Assembly: GCA_035556195.1 (NCBI GenBank)
Contig: DATMFK010000011.1
Coordinates: 24,900-88,899 of the forward strand
Source of the DNA: Rhizobiaceae bacterium
GTDB taxonomy: Bacteria; Pseudomonadota; Alphaproteobacteria; Rhizobiales; Rhizobiaceae
Length of the DNA: 64,000 bases
Reading direction: 5' to 3'
How positions within the stretch are numbered: position 1 is the stretch's first letter; each line of letters starts with the position of its first letter. The notes below the pieces were generated by a model. That model saw nothing but the letters and a program-made list of their open reading frames with translations, ran no database searches and was not told the origin of the DNA. The translations under genes were made by a program, and so were the position numbers. Shown here piece by piece: positions 39,846 to 49,202 of this stretch.

Positions 39846-40873
39846 TCGGAATGTTTAGCGGCCTCGGCGAGCAGGGCCACGTAGTCCTTCAACACCCATG
39901 GGATCGAAAGGGGGGTCGGATTGGCGGCTGTGCCCAGAGGATCCCTGCCCAAAGTGACGACCGCATCGTTAGCGACGGCAGGCATCCGGGATGTCAGCGG
40001 ATTGGACGCCAACGCGTCGCGCAGTTCCTGGGTGCCGTAGGTCACGACAATGTCGACATCGTCGAATGCATCGATCAGCTCCGCGCTGACGGAGCCGGAG
40101 AATTTGCCGGGCGCGGAAGCTTCGACGACGCTCTTCGGCGATTTCAGGCCGAGTTCTGAGAAGAACTTCACGCGGGAATCATGGGTGGTGTAGAAGTTGA
40201 CCGTGCTCAGATCGGTTGGGTCGAGATGGGTGATGAACATTGCGGATTTTCCCCGGAGCTCGGGATATCCGGCAACAGTCTTGGCGATTTCCGCCTCGAT
40301 CTCCGCGATCAGCGCCTCGCCCTCAGCGGTCATGCCCAACCCGGCGCTATTGAGACGTATCATTTCGCGCCAGTCGGTGGCCCAGGCAGCCTCGGGATAG
40401 GCTACGACCGGAGCGATCTGACTAAGCGTTTCATAGTCCGCTTGGCTCAGACCGGAATAGGACGCCAGGATTACGTCCGGATTGGTGGCGGCTACCGCCT
40501 CGAAATCGATGCCGTCGCCTTCATCGAAAAGTACCGGCCTGCCGGCACCGAGCTCGGCCAGCTTTTCCGCCACCCAGGGCAGCACTCCGTCGCCATCGTC
40601 ATCGCCGAAATTGGCTGCCGCGAAGCCGACTGGCACGATCCCCAGCGCGAGCGGAACTTCGTGGTTCGCCCAGGCGACCGTCGCAACCCGTACGGGCTTT
40701 TCGGTGATGGTCGTCGTGCCGAGCGCATGCTTGATGACGATGGGATAAGAGGTGCCTTCTCCAGCCCATGCATGGCTGAATGCGATGATCGACAGGCATG
40801 CCGCGACCAGCGGCAAAGTCGAACGGAAAAACCGCCGCAACCTTGGAACTCCCCTATTTAAGTTGAACTCCAT
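39842..40873 (-). CDS. Ferric-siderophore periplasmic binding protein
   Basis: IKHALGTTTI..PVRVATV, IDFEAVAATNPDVIL, LSQIAPVV. Confidence 0.92.
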   Translation of the reverse strand: MEFNLNRGVPRLRRFFRSTLPLVAACLSIIAFSHAWAGEGTSYPIVIKHALGTTTITEKPVRVATVAWANHEVPLALGIVPVGFAAANFGDDDGDGVLPWVAEKLAELGAGRPVLFDEGDGIDFEAVAATNPDVILASYSGLSQADYETLSQIAPVVAYPEAAWATDWREMIRLNSAGLGMTAEGEALIAEIEAEIAKTVAGYPELRGKSAMFITHLDPTDLSTVNFYTTHDSRVKFFSELGLKSPKSVVEASAPGKFSGSVSAELIDAFDDVDIVVTYGTQELRDALASNPLTSRMPAVANDAVVTLGRDPLGTAANPTPLSIPWVLKDYVALLAEAAKHSE

Positions 40874-40971
40874 TCTCAGCTTTACGGGGCTGCGTCAACG
40901 CAGGTGCCATCCCCTCCGCTCGGAAGCTGCGAAGTTTCCGTGGGATTCTGCAAAACCGCAGGAATCTACAA

Positions 40972-40994
40972 TACTGGATAAACGTGCTCAAGTT
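40972..40994. promoter_or_regulatory. Imperfect RirA/IRO-like box between divergent iron-uptake genes
   Basis: TACTGGA-TAAACGTGC-TCAAGTT, i.e. (T/G)GA-N9-TCA with extended arms. Confidence 0.5.
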
Positions 40995-41166
40995 ATGGGC
41001 GCCGTTAGGTGACGTCAGGCATCGCCGCTGTCGCCTCGCAGTCCGCCACGGGGGCTTTGGGGGGTGGGCTGCTTTTCTGATGACGATCCCAAAAGCAGGC
41101 CAACTCGGCGGACCGGCGTTCGACGGGTGACCGCCGGCAGCAGAAACCAATATCTGGGACTTGAAC

Positions 41167-43290
41167 ATGGATGACGAAATGAGGGGCGGCGGCAAGGGAC
41201 GGGGCTTCACCCGTTATCGGAATGCAGCGCTGCTGGGGACGGCGATTGTCGCGTTCAGTCCGAGCTGCTTGCTGGCGCAGCAGGTTGGAAATTCCGGCTC
41301 CGTCACCGTGCTCGATGAGGTCACCGTCGAGGGACAGAGCGGCGACGACGATGCAAAGTCCATCGTTGCGACCCAGACGACGATCGGCAGCATGATGCCG
41401 ACCGATATATTGGACACGCCCTCGTCGGTATCGGTGATCACGGCCAAGGAAATCCAGGAGCGCGGCGCGGAGAATGTCGAGCAGGTGTTGCAATACACTG
41501 CTGGCGTGACGACCGATTTCTACGGTTCGGACGACCGCTTCGACTTCTTCAAGATCCGCGGTTTCGATGCTCTCCTGTATCGCGACGGACTGGTTCTGGG
41601 CCGGCCCTTCGGCGGAGTACGAGAAGAAGTGTTCGCCTATGAACGCGTCGAGGTGCTGAAGGGCGGCAACTCCACCATCTTCGGCGTTTCCGATCCGGGC
41701 GGCGCGGTCAATTTCGTTACCAAGCGGCCGAGAAGCGAACGGTTCGGCGAGGCCTATGTCAGGGGAGGCTCGTTCAACACCAAGGAAGTCGGCATCGACT
41801 TCGGCGACAATGTCACAAGTGACGATACGCTGTCCTACCGGCTGACAGGAAAGCTCAGGGATGCCGACGACGAGTACGACTTCTCGCGTGACGACGAGCA
41901 GTTTTTCATGGGCGGCCTAACATGGCGCCCCAGCGACGCCACCAACCTGACCGTGGTCTATGACTACCTCAATCGCGACGGCGTCCCCGGCAGCGGCGGG
42001 CATCCGGTGGGCTCGGATTTCGACAGGAGCCGCTTTTTCGGGGAGCCGGACTTCAATTATCGTGGCACGAACAGGAACACTGTCAGTGTCATGTTCGACC
42101 ATGACTTCGGCTCCGGCCTGAGCTTCAGTTCGAACGCTCGCTACAGCGACACCAGAACGGATTTCGGCTATGCTTATATCGCCGCGACCCCGACCGATGG
42201 CTCGACCATCGCCAAGCGGGACTTCTTCGGCAGCGACTACTCGAACGAGAACTTCATCGTCGACGCGCGCCTGCAATACGATACGAGCTTCAGCAATGTC
42301 GACAGCCGTACGCTGGTCGGCGTCGAGTACAATGATCTGTCCACCGACAACGCTACTTCTTGGGGGCCCGCACCCAGTATCGACTGGACGAATCCCGTCT
42401 TCACGGGCGCGCCCGGACCGCTTCCGCTCATAGCCAGCACGCGAACCGATCAGAAGACCAAGGCGCTCTATCTCCAGCAGGAGCTGACCTTCGCGGACAG
42501 GCTGATCGCGACGGTCGGGTTGCGCAATGATTGGCTCGACACCACGCAGACGGACAAGCTCATGGGCGCGGCGACCAGAAGCGACGACAGCGAATTCACG
42601 AGCCGCGTGGGTCTGACCTACAGGGTGACGGACGAATTCGCTACCTATGCAAGCTATGCCCAGTCCGTCGCCCCACCGGTCGTAGGCCTCCAGCCCGAGC
42701 GTGGCGAACAGTATGAGGTCGGCATCAAATATAGCCCCGCCGGCTTCCCCGCCTTGTTCAGCGCCGCCGTCTACGACCTGACCAAGAAAAACGTCACAGT
42801 CAATGTGGCCGACCCGTTTCCGCGTCAGGCCACGATCGGCGAAGTCAGGGTCCGCGGTCTGGATCTCGAGGCGAAAGCAGAGCTGACAAACAGCTTCAAT
42901 CTGATCGCTGCATATTCATATCTCGATGCCGAGATCGTCGAGGATGGCATATCCGGCAACGAGGGCCATCGTCCGGCGATGGTGCCCGAGCATATGGCCG
43001 CACTCTGGGTCAACTACGAGCTCGAAGGAAACGGGCGCCGTGGCGACATGACATTCGGGCTCGGTGGTCGCTACATGGGCCCCTACTACTTCACCGACGC
43101 GAATACCGCAGGTGCGGGCAGCAGTGTCGTCTTCGATGCGGCCTTCAGCTACGAGATCGTGGAAAACACCTCGCTCGAGGTCAACGCCACCAATATCTTC
43201 GACACGAAATATGTGGCCAATGGCGGCTTTGGGGCGGATTTCTACAATCCCGGTCGCGCCATCTACGCAACTCTGCGCCGCACCTGGTGA
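41167..43290 (+). CDS. TonB-dependent ferric-siderophore receptor
   Basis: TonB box region (LDEVTVEG), YERVEVLKGG, PGGAVNFVTKRP, C-terminal YATLRRTW; no N-terminal signalling extension. Confidence 0.95.
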   Translation: MDDEMRGGGKGRGFTRYRNAALLGTAIVAFSPSCLLAQQVGNSGSVTVLDEVTVEGQSGDDDAKSIVATQTTIGSMMPTDILDTPSSVSVITAKEIQERGAENVEQVLQYTAGVTTDFYGSDDRFDFFKIRGFDALLYRDGLVLGRPFGGVREEVFAYERVEVLKGGNSTIFGVSDPGGAVNFVTKRPRSERFGEAYVRGGSFNTKEVGIDFGDNVTSDDTLSYRLTGKLRDADDEYDFSRDDEQFFMGGLTWRPSDATNLTVVYDYLNRDGVPGSGGHPVGSDFDRSRFFGEPDFNYRGTNRNTVSVMFDHDFGSGLSFSSNARYSDTRTDFGYAYIAATPTDGSTIAKRDFFGSDYSNENFIVDARLQYDTSFSNVDSRTLVGVEYNDLSTDNATSWGPAPSIDWTNPVFTGAPGPLPLIASTRTDQKTKALYLQQELTFADRLIATVGLRNDWLDTTQTDKLMGAATRSDDSEFTSRVGLTYRVTDEFATYASYAQSVAPPVVGLQPERGEQYEVGIKYSPAGFPALFSAAVYDLTKKNVTVNVADPFPRQATIGEVRVRGLDLEAKAELTNSFNLIAAYSYLDAEIVEDGISGNEGHRPAMVPEHMAALWVNYELEGNGRRGDMTFGLGGRYMGPYYFTDANTAGAGSSVVFDAAFSYEIVENTSLEVNATNIFDTKYVANGGFGADFYNPGRAIYATLRRTW

Positions 43291-43317
43291 CGGACCTGTC
43301 CTCGTCCGACTTCGCGA

Positions 43318-43343
43318 CTCCTCACCCGGCGTCGGATGAGGAG
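43318..43343. terminator. Hairpin between the convergent receptor and AraC genes
   Basis: CTCCTCACCCG-GCGT-CGGATGAGGAG (11-bp stem, one mismatch). Confidence 0.5.
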
Positions 43344-43360
43344 CGGCGAGCCCAAGCCTT

Positions 43361-44251
43361 TCAGCGCATCCGGCGCATGCGGCGCCATAGGGCTGGTGTT
43401 TCGCCCGCGATCTGACGAAACGCTTTCGTCAGATGTGCCTGATCGGAGAAGCCGAGCTGAGCAGCGATGCTTGCCACGGACAGTTCGCTGTCCAGCAACA
43501 GTTCCTGCGCAAGAGCAATGCGCTTTTCGAGTTGCCACCGCAGCGGCGTCTTGCCGGTCGTCTGCTTGAAGACGTGGGAGAACCAGCTTTCGGACAGGCC
43601 GACCGTCGCGGCCATCTCGGCGACGCTCAGCCGGCGGTCGCTGCGGGCGTCCACGCGGGAGATCAGCTTGTTCATCTGCGCTTGAGTGAGCCTCCCATCG
43701 GGCTGCTCGCTGTCCTGCTCGGGGATGTCGAGAAGACCGGTTACGATACTGCCTGCAAGGCTTTCCGCGTAGACGGCGTGTTTCGAGGGATTTGACACTT
43801 CGTCGACCAGCAAGCCGGCCAGGGTTTCGACAGCCCCGATATTCTGAGCTTCCACCGGGCGGCGAAGCGCCGTCCGTGCCACGGATGCGCCGACCGACGG
43901 CGACAGGAAACGCAGCAGCCTGTCGCTGTGCAGATGCAGATCCAAATGCGAAAAACTGTGGGAAGCCGTGAAATTCGTCCACAAGGGCATGCCGGCGGGC
44001 ACGAAGATCGCGCGCGTCATCGGGCGATCCTGCGCTGATCCTCCGTCTCGGTTCGTCATCCGGATCTGGGAGGATACGTCATTGAAGAAGATCACGATCC
44101 GCGGATCCGGTGAGATGTAGTAGGCGTTGGCCCCGGATTGGCCTTCCGCTTCCCAGAAGACGCCCATCATGCCGTCGAAGCCCCGCCATTTGACCGGTGC
44201 GGTGGCGCGAATGCCTTCCGTATGGCAGGTCATGGAATGAAAATAGCTCAA
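43361..44251 (-). CDS. AraC-family transcriptional regulator
   Basis: C-terminal double HTH (LSESWFSHVFKQTTG, LGFSDQAHLTKAFR). Confidence 0.93.
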   Translation of the reverse strand: MSYFHSMTCHTEGIRATAPVKWRGFDGMMGVFWEAEGQSGANAYYISPDPRIVIFFNDVSSQIRMTNRDGGSAQDRPMTRAIFVPAGMPLWTNFTASHSFSHLDLHLHSDRLLRFLSPSVGASVARTALRRPVEAQNIGAVETLAGLLVDEVSNPSKHAVYAESLAGSIVTGLLDIPEQDSEQPDGRLTQAQMNKLISRVDARSDRRLSVAEMAATVGLSESWFSHVFKQTTGKTPLRWQLEKRIALAQELLLDSELSVASIAAQLGFSDQAHLTKAFRQIAGETPALWRRMRRMR

Positions 44252-44392
44252 TGTCAGCAGTCATCCGTGCTCGATGGAAAAGATGGCCTGCCTTCCTGAC
44301 AATGCATTGCGAGGGAGCATCTCATTTCAGACGGTGCCTCCATACGATGCGGGAGGGCGACAGGCCGTCCTTCTGTCGGGCAGCCAATCGCC

Positions 44393-44419
44393 TAAACATG
44401 ATGGTATCTATCATGTTTA
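44393..44419. promoter_or_regulatory. RirA/IRO-type box upstream of the AraC gene
   Basis: TAAACATGA-TGGTATCTA-TCATGTTTA: exact TGA-N9-TCA with perfect 10-bp arms. Confidence 0.7.
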
Positions 44420-45682
44420 TTCGGCCCGGCAACCCTGGTCGCCCAATTCCGCCAGTCTGCGCAGCAGGAAGCGCCGCTCCGGCTCCTGCCTGGCGAGCGC
44501 GAGCGCCTTTCGGTAGTCCGCCCGCGCATGGTCGATGCGGCCGAGGCGGCGAGCGAGGTCGGCGCGCGCGGAGTAGGCGAGGTGATAATCGGCGAGATCG
44601 CCGCGACCGAGGATCTCGTCGATCAGGGCAAGACCGGCCTCCGGCCCGTCGCGCATGGCGACGGCCACGGCGCGGTTGAGCTCGACCACCGGGGAGGGGG
44701 CCGCCCGCAGAAGCAGGTCGTAGAGGGCGATGATGCGAGACCAATCCGTCGCCTCTGCCCGGCGCGCGCGCATGTGTGTTGCGGCGATGGCAGCCTGGAT
44801 CGCATAGGCGCCGAAGCTCGGCGACGACAGCGCGCGCTCCGACAGGGCGAGCCCCTCCGTGATCTGATCGCCATTCCAGAGCGAGCGGTCCTGATCGCCG
44901 AGGAGCACGAGCTCGCCCGAAGGCGAGTTGCGGGCGGCGCGGCGCGATTCATGAAGCAGCATCAGCGCGAGCAGGCCGATCGCTTCCGCATCCGGCAGCA
45001 ACTCGACGAGCAGGCGCCCAAGGCGGAGCGCCTCTTCCGACAATTCGTGCCGCGTGAGGGCATCCCCCGACGAAGCGGAGTAGCCTTCGTTGAAGACGAG
45101 ATAGATCACGTGCAGCACCGGATCCAGCCGCGCCGGCAGCTCGTCCCGGCCCGGGACTTCGTAAGGGATACGGGCGTCCCGGATCTTCGCCTTGGCGCGA
45201 ACGATGCGCTGCGCGAGCGTCGGCGGCGTGGTCAGGAAAGCGTGGGCGATTTCCTCGGTCGTCAATCCGCAGACCTCGCGCAAGGTGAGCGCCACCTGGC
45301 CATCGAGCGGCAGCGCCGGATGGCAGCAGGTGAAGATCAGGCGCAGTCGGTCGTCCTCGATGTCGTGGGCTTCCGGCGGGTCCTGGTCCATGTCCTCCTC
45401 GATGCGCCTGGCGAGCTCGTCCCGTGACGCGTCGAAGCGGGCTCGCCGCCGCAGCCGATCGATCGCCTTGAAGCGGCCAGCCGAAATCAGCCAGCTCCGT
45501 GGATTGCCTGGGAGACCCTCGGTGGGCCATCGGTCGGAGGCGGCCATGAAGGCGTCGTGCAGGGCCTCTTCTGCCAGGTCGAAATCACCGAGAAGGCGGA
45601 TCAAGGTGGCGAGCACGCGGCGCGACTCCATACGGTAGACCGCCTCGACCTTCGCAAGCGTGGGGCCATCGTCTCGTTCCAT
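44417..45682 (-). CDS. ECF sigma factor with TPR-like C-terminal extension (ECF42-type)
   Basis: GDFDLAEEALHDAF, DDRLRLIFTCCHPAL, YLVFNEGY, PVVELNRAVA; adjacent DGPF gene. Confidence 0.92.
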   Translation of the reverse strand: MERDDGPTLAKVEAVYRMESRRVLATLIRLLGDFDLAEEALHDAFMAASDRWPTEGLPGNPRSWLISAGRFKAIDRLRRRARFDASRDELARRIEEDMDQDPPEAHDIEDDRLRLIFTCCHPALPLDGQVALTLREVCGLTTEEIAHAFLTTPPTLAQRIVRAKAKIRDARIPYEVPGRDELPARLDPVLHVIYLVFNEGYSASSGDALTRHELSEEALRLGRLLVELLPDAEAIGLLALMLLHESRRAARNSPSGELVLLGDQDRSLWNGDQITEGLALSERALSSPSFGAYAIQAAIAATHMRARRAEATDWSRIIALYDLLLRAAPSPVVELNRAVAVAMRDGPEAGLALIDEILGRGDLADYHLAYSARADLARRLGRIDHARADYRKALALARQEPERRFLLRRLAELGDQGCRAE

Positions 45683-45692
45683 GGCGCGCCGC

Positions 45693-46040
45693 TTAAAGAT
45701 CCATGATCGGGCGTATCTCGATGCTTCCAAGCCTGGCCAGCGGAATGCCGGACGCCGCACGGATCGCTTCGTTGAGATCGCGGGCCTCGATCAGGACGAA
45801 GCCGCCGAGGATTTCTTTGGTTTCGGCGAACGGTCCGTCGAAGGTGGATAGTTTTCCGTTTCTGACACGCACGGTGGTCGCGGAGGATACGGGCTGCAAG
45901 GCGTGTGCCAGGATCAACTGCCCGCGCCTGTCCAATTCCTGGTCATAGGCCAGAGACTCACGCGTGAGCGCCGCATCATCATCCGCCGAGAGGGCCGACA
46001 AAGCCTGCGGCTCGAAATAGACAAGGCATAGATACTTCAT
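45693..46040 (-). CDS. YciI/DGPF-domain protein
   Basis: MKYLCLVY...FDGPFAETKEILGGF...IEIRP; SD AGGAGGA. Confidence 0.92.
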   Translation of the reverse strand: MKYLCLVYFEPQALSALSADDDAALTRESLAYDQELDRRGQLILAHALQPVSSATTVRVRNGKLSTFDGPFAETKEILGGFVLIEARDLNEAIRAASGIPLARLGSIEIRPIMDL

Positions 46041-46067
46041 TCCATCCTCCTGTAACCAACATGCGTT

Positions 46068-46094
46068 GTCGCTTCCGAAGGCGCGATCTCGACA
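46068..46094 (-). promoter_or_regulatory. ECF42-type promoter driving the DGPF-sigma operon
   Basis: Minus strand TGTCGA (46094-46089) -N17- CGAC (46071-46068). Confidence 0.65.
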
Positions 46095-46129
46095 TCTCGC
46101 AGGAAAATTATTGTCCGACAGGGCTCGGC

Positions 46130-46156
46130 TGTCGATCCGGCAGAGCGTCGTTCGAC
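46130..46156 (+). promoter_or_regulatory. Second ECF42-type promoter, divergent
   Basis: TGTCGA (46130-46135) -N17- CGAC (46153-46156). Confidence 0.6.
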
Positions 46157-46184
46157 CATCCGCGAATGACGGACGGAGGCTACG

Positions 46185-46391
46185 ATGGATGTGCTGATGT
46201 TGGCGAGCAGGCTGCTCGGGCGGAACTATCCGCTCCCCGGCACGGGTCGCAGCGTGCTTTCCCTGGCGGCTGCACTCGTAGTGATCGCTGCGCTCGTCGC
46301 AGGCCTCGATGGCGCTGCCAGAAGTTGGAAATCGGAGAGCCTGGCCGGGGATAGTGGCATGCCTTTGCAAATTTCGGCAGAAACTCCTTGA
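46185..46391 (+). CDS. 68-aa single-TM hypothetical protein
   Basis: SD GGAGG; hydrophobic stretch VLSLAAALVVIAALVAGL; downstream of the predicted promoter. Confidence 0.55.
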   Translation: MDVLMLASRLLGRNYPLPGTGRSVLSLAAALVVIAALVAGLDGAARSWKSESLAGDSGMPLQISAETP

Positions 46392-46469
46392 TCGCGTCCT
46401 GAAGCGGCGCAAGAACACGCCGTCTGGGCGATTCCGGGTATAGGTGATCCGGTGGGCGGGAAAGGCGGC

Positions 46470-47645
46470 ATGAACAGCGCTTTTGCGCAAACCAAACGCG
46501 TCTCATGGTCTTCGCGTCTCAAGAATTCCGTGGTCGGCGTCCTCGCCGGGGTCATGCTGATCGCTGGCATGGTCTGGCTGCTCTTCTGGAATGAAGGGCG
46601 TACCATTCGAGAAGCGCGCTCGCTGGCCGAAGGGGCCGACCTCGTTGTGTCCGTCGATTCCGCTTCGGTCGATCCAAGCAATGAGGGCAGGCTCATCCAT
46701 GTCACGGGGCCGGTGACAACGTCGGCGCCGCTCTTCGATCCGATTTTCGGCGTGAGGGCGGAGGGCATCCGCCTGGTGCGGAATGTGGAAATGTATCAGT
46801 GGAAGGAGGAACCAATCTCGGAGACCGTGCCCAAGCCAGGTGGCGGAGAGGAGACGACCACGACCTACAGCTATTCCAAGGCTTGGTCGGACGCTCCGCA
46901 GGATTCCAGCCGGTTCCAGGTCGCGGCAGGCCATGAAAACCCGCCGATGCAGATTAGAGGCCAGCGTTTCCAGCTGAGCGAGGCAAAGCTCGGGGCGTTC
47001 GACATGGATGAGAGGATCCTGGGCCGGATCGGAGGTGAGCAACCCGTCGCGCTGACAAGGGAGCAGCTCACAGCGATCGGCGTGGCTTTCGGCGGAAGGC
47101 TCGCCAGCCTCGCGGAGAACGGCGCGTATATCGGCCTCAATCCGACAGCTCCAGAGATCGGCGATTATCGGATCTCCTACACGGTTGCGCCGCTCGGCTC
47201 GATGAGCGTCGTTGCCGCGCAGGCAGGCGGCGCACTCGAACCATATCCGACCACGATCGGCAACGAGATCCTGCTCGTGGAGCGCGGCGCGGTGCCTGCG
47301 GCCCAGATGTTTGCGGCGGCACAGGCCGAGAACGCTGCATGGAAGTGGGGCCTGCGGGCCACCGGGCTGTTTTTCCTGTTCGCAGGCTTCATCTTCGTCA
47401 CCGCACCCCTCAGTGTTCCGGCCGACGGGGTGCCGCTCCTCGGCAGCCTCCTCAGGCTGAGCACGGGCCTGGCTGCATTGGTGCTGACAACGATGACGGG
47501 AGCGGTGACTGTCGCTGTCGCCTGGTTCTCGTACCGGCCGCTGCTGGCGATCGGCGTCGTGGCGCTGGGGCTGGCGATCACGGCGGCCATGGTCGGCATC
47601 GGACGGCTGGGCCGACCGAAGATGGTGGCCGCAAGCAAGCGATAG
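46470..47645 (+). CDS. TMEM43 (LUMA)-family membrane protein
   Basis: LLFWNEGR, NEGRLIHVTG, LVRNVEMYQWKE, P.IGDYRISY, three C-terminal TM helices. Confidence 0.85.
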   Translation: MNSAFAQTKRVSWSSRLKNSVVGVLAGVMLIAGMVWLLFWNEGRTIREARSLAEGADLVVSVDSASVDPSNEGRLIHVTGPVTTSAPLFDPIFGVRAEGIRLVRNVEMYQWKEEPISETVPKPGGGEETTTTYSYSKAWSDAPQDSSRFQVAAGHENPPMQIRGQRFQLSEAKLGAFDMDERILGRIGGEQPVALTREQLTAIGVAFGGRLASLAENGAYIGLNPTAPEIGDYRISYTVAPLGSMSVVAAQAGGALEPYPTTIGNEILLVERGAVPAAQMFAAAQAENAAWKWGLRATGLFFLFAGFIFVTAPLSVPADGVPLLGSLLRLSTGLAALVLTTMTGAVTVAVAWFSYRPLLAIGVVALGLAITAAMVGIGRLGRPKMVAASKR

Positions 47646-47734
47646 CACCATCCCGTTTGCCATTCACCGAGGCGTGATTGGATCATCGGGGAGCCGACGC
47701 TAGGTTTTCCCGGCAACCATCCGGGGAGGACGCC

Positions 47735-48610
47735 ATGATCCCGATCACCCAGGCGATGATCGATGCCTATGACGAATACACGCACCTGACGCTCGACCGG
47801 CGCGGCTTCATGGAGAAACTGACCAAGCTGGCGGGTTCTGGCGCCGCCGCGGCGGCAATCGTGCCCCTCCTTGCCGCGAATTCGGCGCGGGCGGCGATCG
47901 TGGCCGAGGATGACGCGCGGGTGAAAGGGGAGGAGGTCTCCTATCCCGGCAGCGCGGGCGAGATGAAGGGTTATCTGGTGCGCCCGGCTGATGCGACCGG
48001 CAAGCTCCCCGGCGTGATCGTCATCCACGAGAATCGCGGACTCAATCCGCATATCCGGGATGTCACACGGCGTCTCTCTCTCGAAGGGTTCCTTGCACTC
48101 GCGCCCGACTTCCTTGCCCCCTATGGGGGAACGCCGACGGACGAGGACAAGGCGCGTGACATGTTCTCGGAGCTCGATCCGGCGCGCACCATCGCCGATG
48201 CCGTCGCTTCCGTCGCATTCCTCAAGTCGAACGAGGGCAGCAATGGCAAAGTGGGAGCTGTCGGCTTCTGCTGGGGCGGCGGCATCATCAACATGCTTGC
48301 CGTCAACGATCCCGAACTCGACGCGGCCGTGGCTTATTACGGTGCGCAGCCCAAGGACCCAGCCGCGATCGCCAGGATCAAGGCGCCGCTGCTCCTTCAC
48401 TATGCCGGGCGCGACGAGCGCATCAATGCAGGAATCGAGAACTACAGGAAGGAGCTGGACGCCGCCGGCAAGGAATATCAGGTTTTTGTCTATGAGGGCG
48501 TCCAGCACGCTTTCAACAACGACACGTCCGAGGCACGCTACAACAAGGAGGCCGCCGATCTCGCCTGGGGCCGGACCGTCGCTTTCCTGAAAGAGAAACT
48601 CGCTTCATAG
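47735..48610 (+). CDS. Dienelactone hydrolase family protein (YghX-like), possible Tat motif
   Basis: IHENRGLNPHI, VGFCWGG, HAFNNDT; RRGFM near the N-terminus. Confidence 0.92.
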   Translation: MIPITQAMIDAYDEYTHLTLDRRGFMEKLTKLAGSGAAAAAIVPLLAANSARAAIVAEDDARVKGEEVSYPGSAGEMKGYLVRPADATGKLPGVIVIHENRGLNPHIRDVTRRLSLEGFLALAPDFLAPYGGTPTDEDKARDMFSELDPARTIADAVASVAFLKSNEGSNGKVGAVGFCWGGGIINMLAVNDPELDAAVAYYGAQPKDPAAIARIKAPLLLHYAGRDERINAGIENYRKELDAAGKEYQVFVYEGVQHAFNNDTSEARYNKEAADLAWGRTVAFLKEKLAS

Positions 48611-48629
48611 ACCGACGAAAGGGTAGGAT

Positions 48630-49145
48630 ATGAGCGCTCCCCTCGTTCGGATATTCGAGCCGCAGGGCGGAATCCCGAACAGCGATCTGCCGCTTCTCCT
48701 ATGGAAGGGCCGGCTCCCGGCCCACTGCCGTGAGGGTGAGGCGGCATGTGCTCTCTACAGGGAGAACGGGTGGAGCGGCACATGGGTCTATACGGTCTAT
48801 CCGTTCTGGCACTTCCACACGCGCGGTCACGAGGTGTTGGGCTGTGTCGCCGGCCGTGCCCGGATCGGTTTCGGTGGCGATGGCGGCGAGGTCGCCGATA
48901 TCGAAGTGGGCGATGTCGCGCTCATTCCTGCGGGCGTCGGGCATCGAAAGCTGGAGGCGTCGCCCGATTTCCTGATGGCGGGCGGTTATCCGCCCGGACA
49001 GGAAGGCGACATTGTCCAGCCCGGAAACCTCGACGATGACGCCATTGCCGCCGAGATCCGCCGTCTCCCGTTGCCCGCAACGGATCCAATCACCGGAAGG
49101 TCCGATGGGGTCGTCGCGTTTTGGGGCAGGGCACAGCCAAGCTGA
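48630..49145 (+). CDS. Cupin-domain protein
   Basis: WHFHTRGHEVLG, GDVALIPAGVGH. Confidence 0.88.
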   Translation: MSAPLVRIFEPQGGIPNSDLPLLLWKGRLPAHCREGEAACALYRENGWSGTWVYTVYPFWHFHTRGHEVLGCVAGRARIGFGGDGGEVADIEVGDVALIPAGVGHRKLEASPDFLMAGGYPPGQEGDIVQPGNLDDDAIAAEIRRLPLPATDPITGRSDGVVAFWGRAQPS

Positions 49146-49202
49146 AGATCGCGATGGCCGAAATGTTCTGTATGGACCGGGCGTTCCGCGGGCGTGCCTC
49201 CA

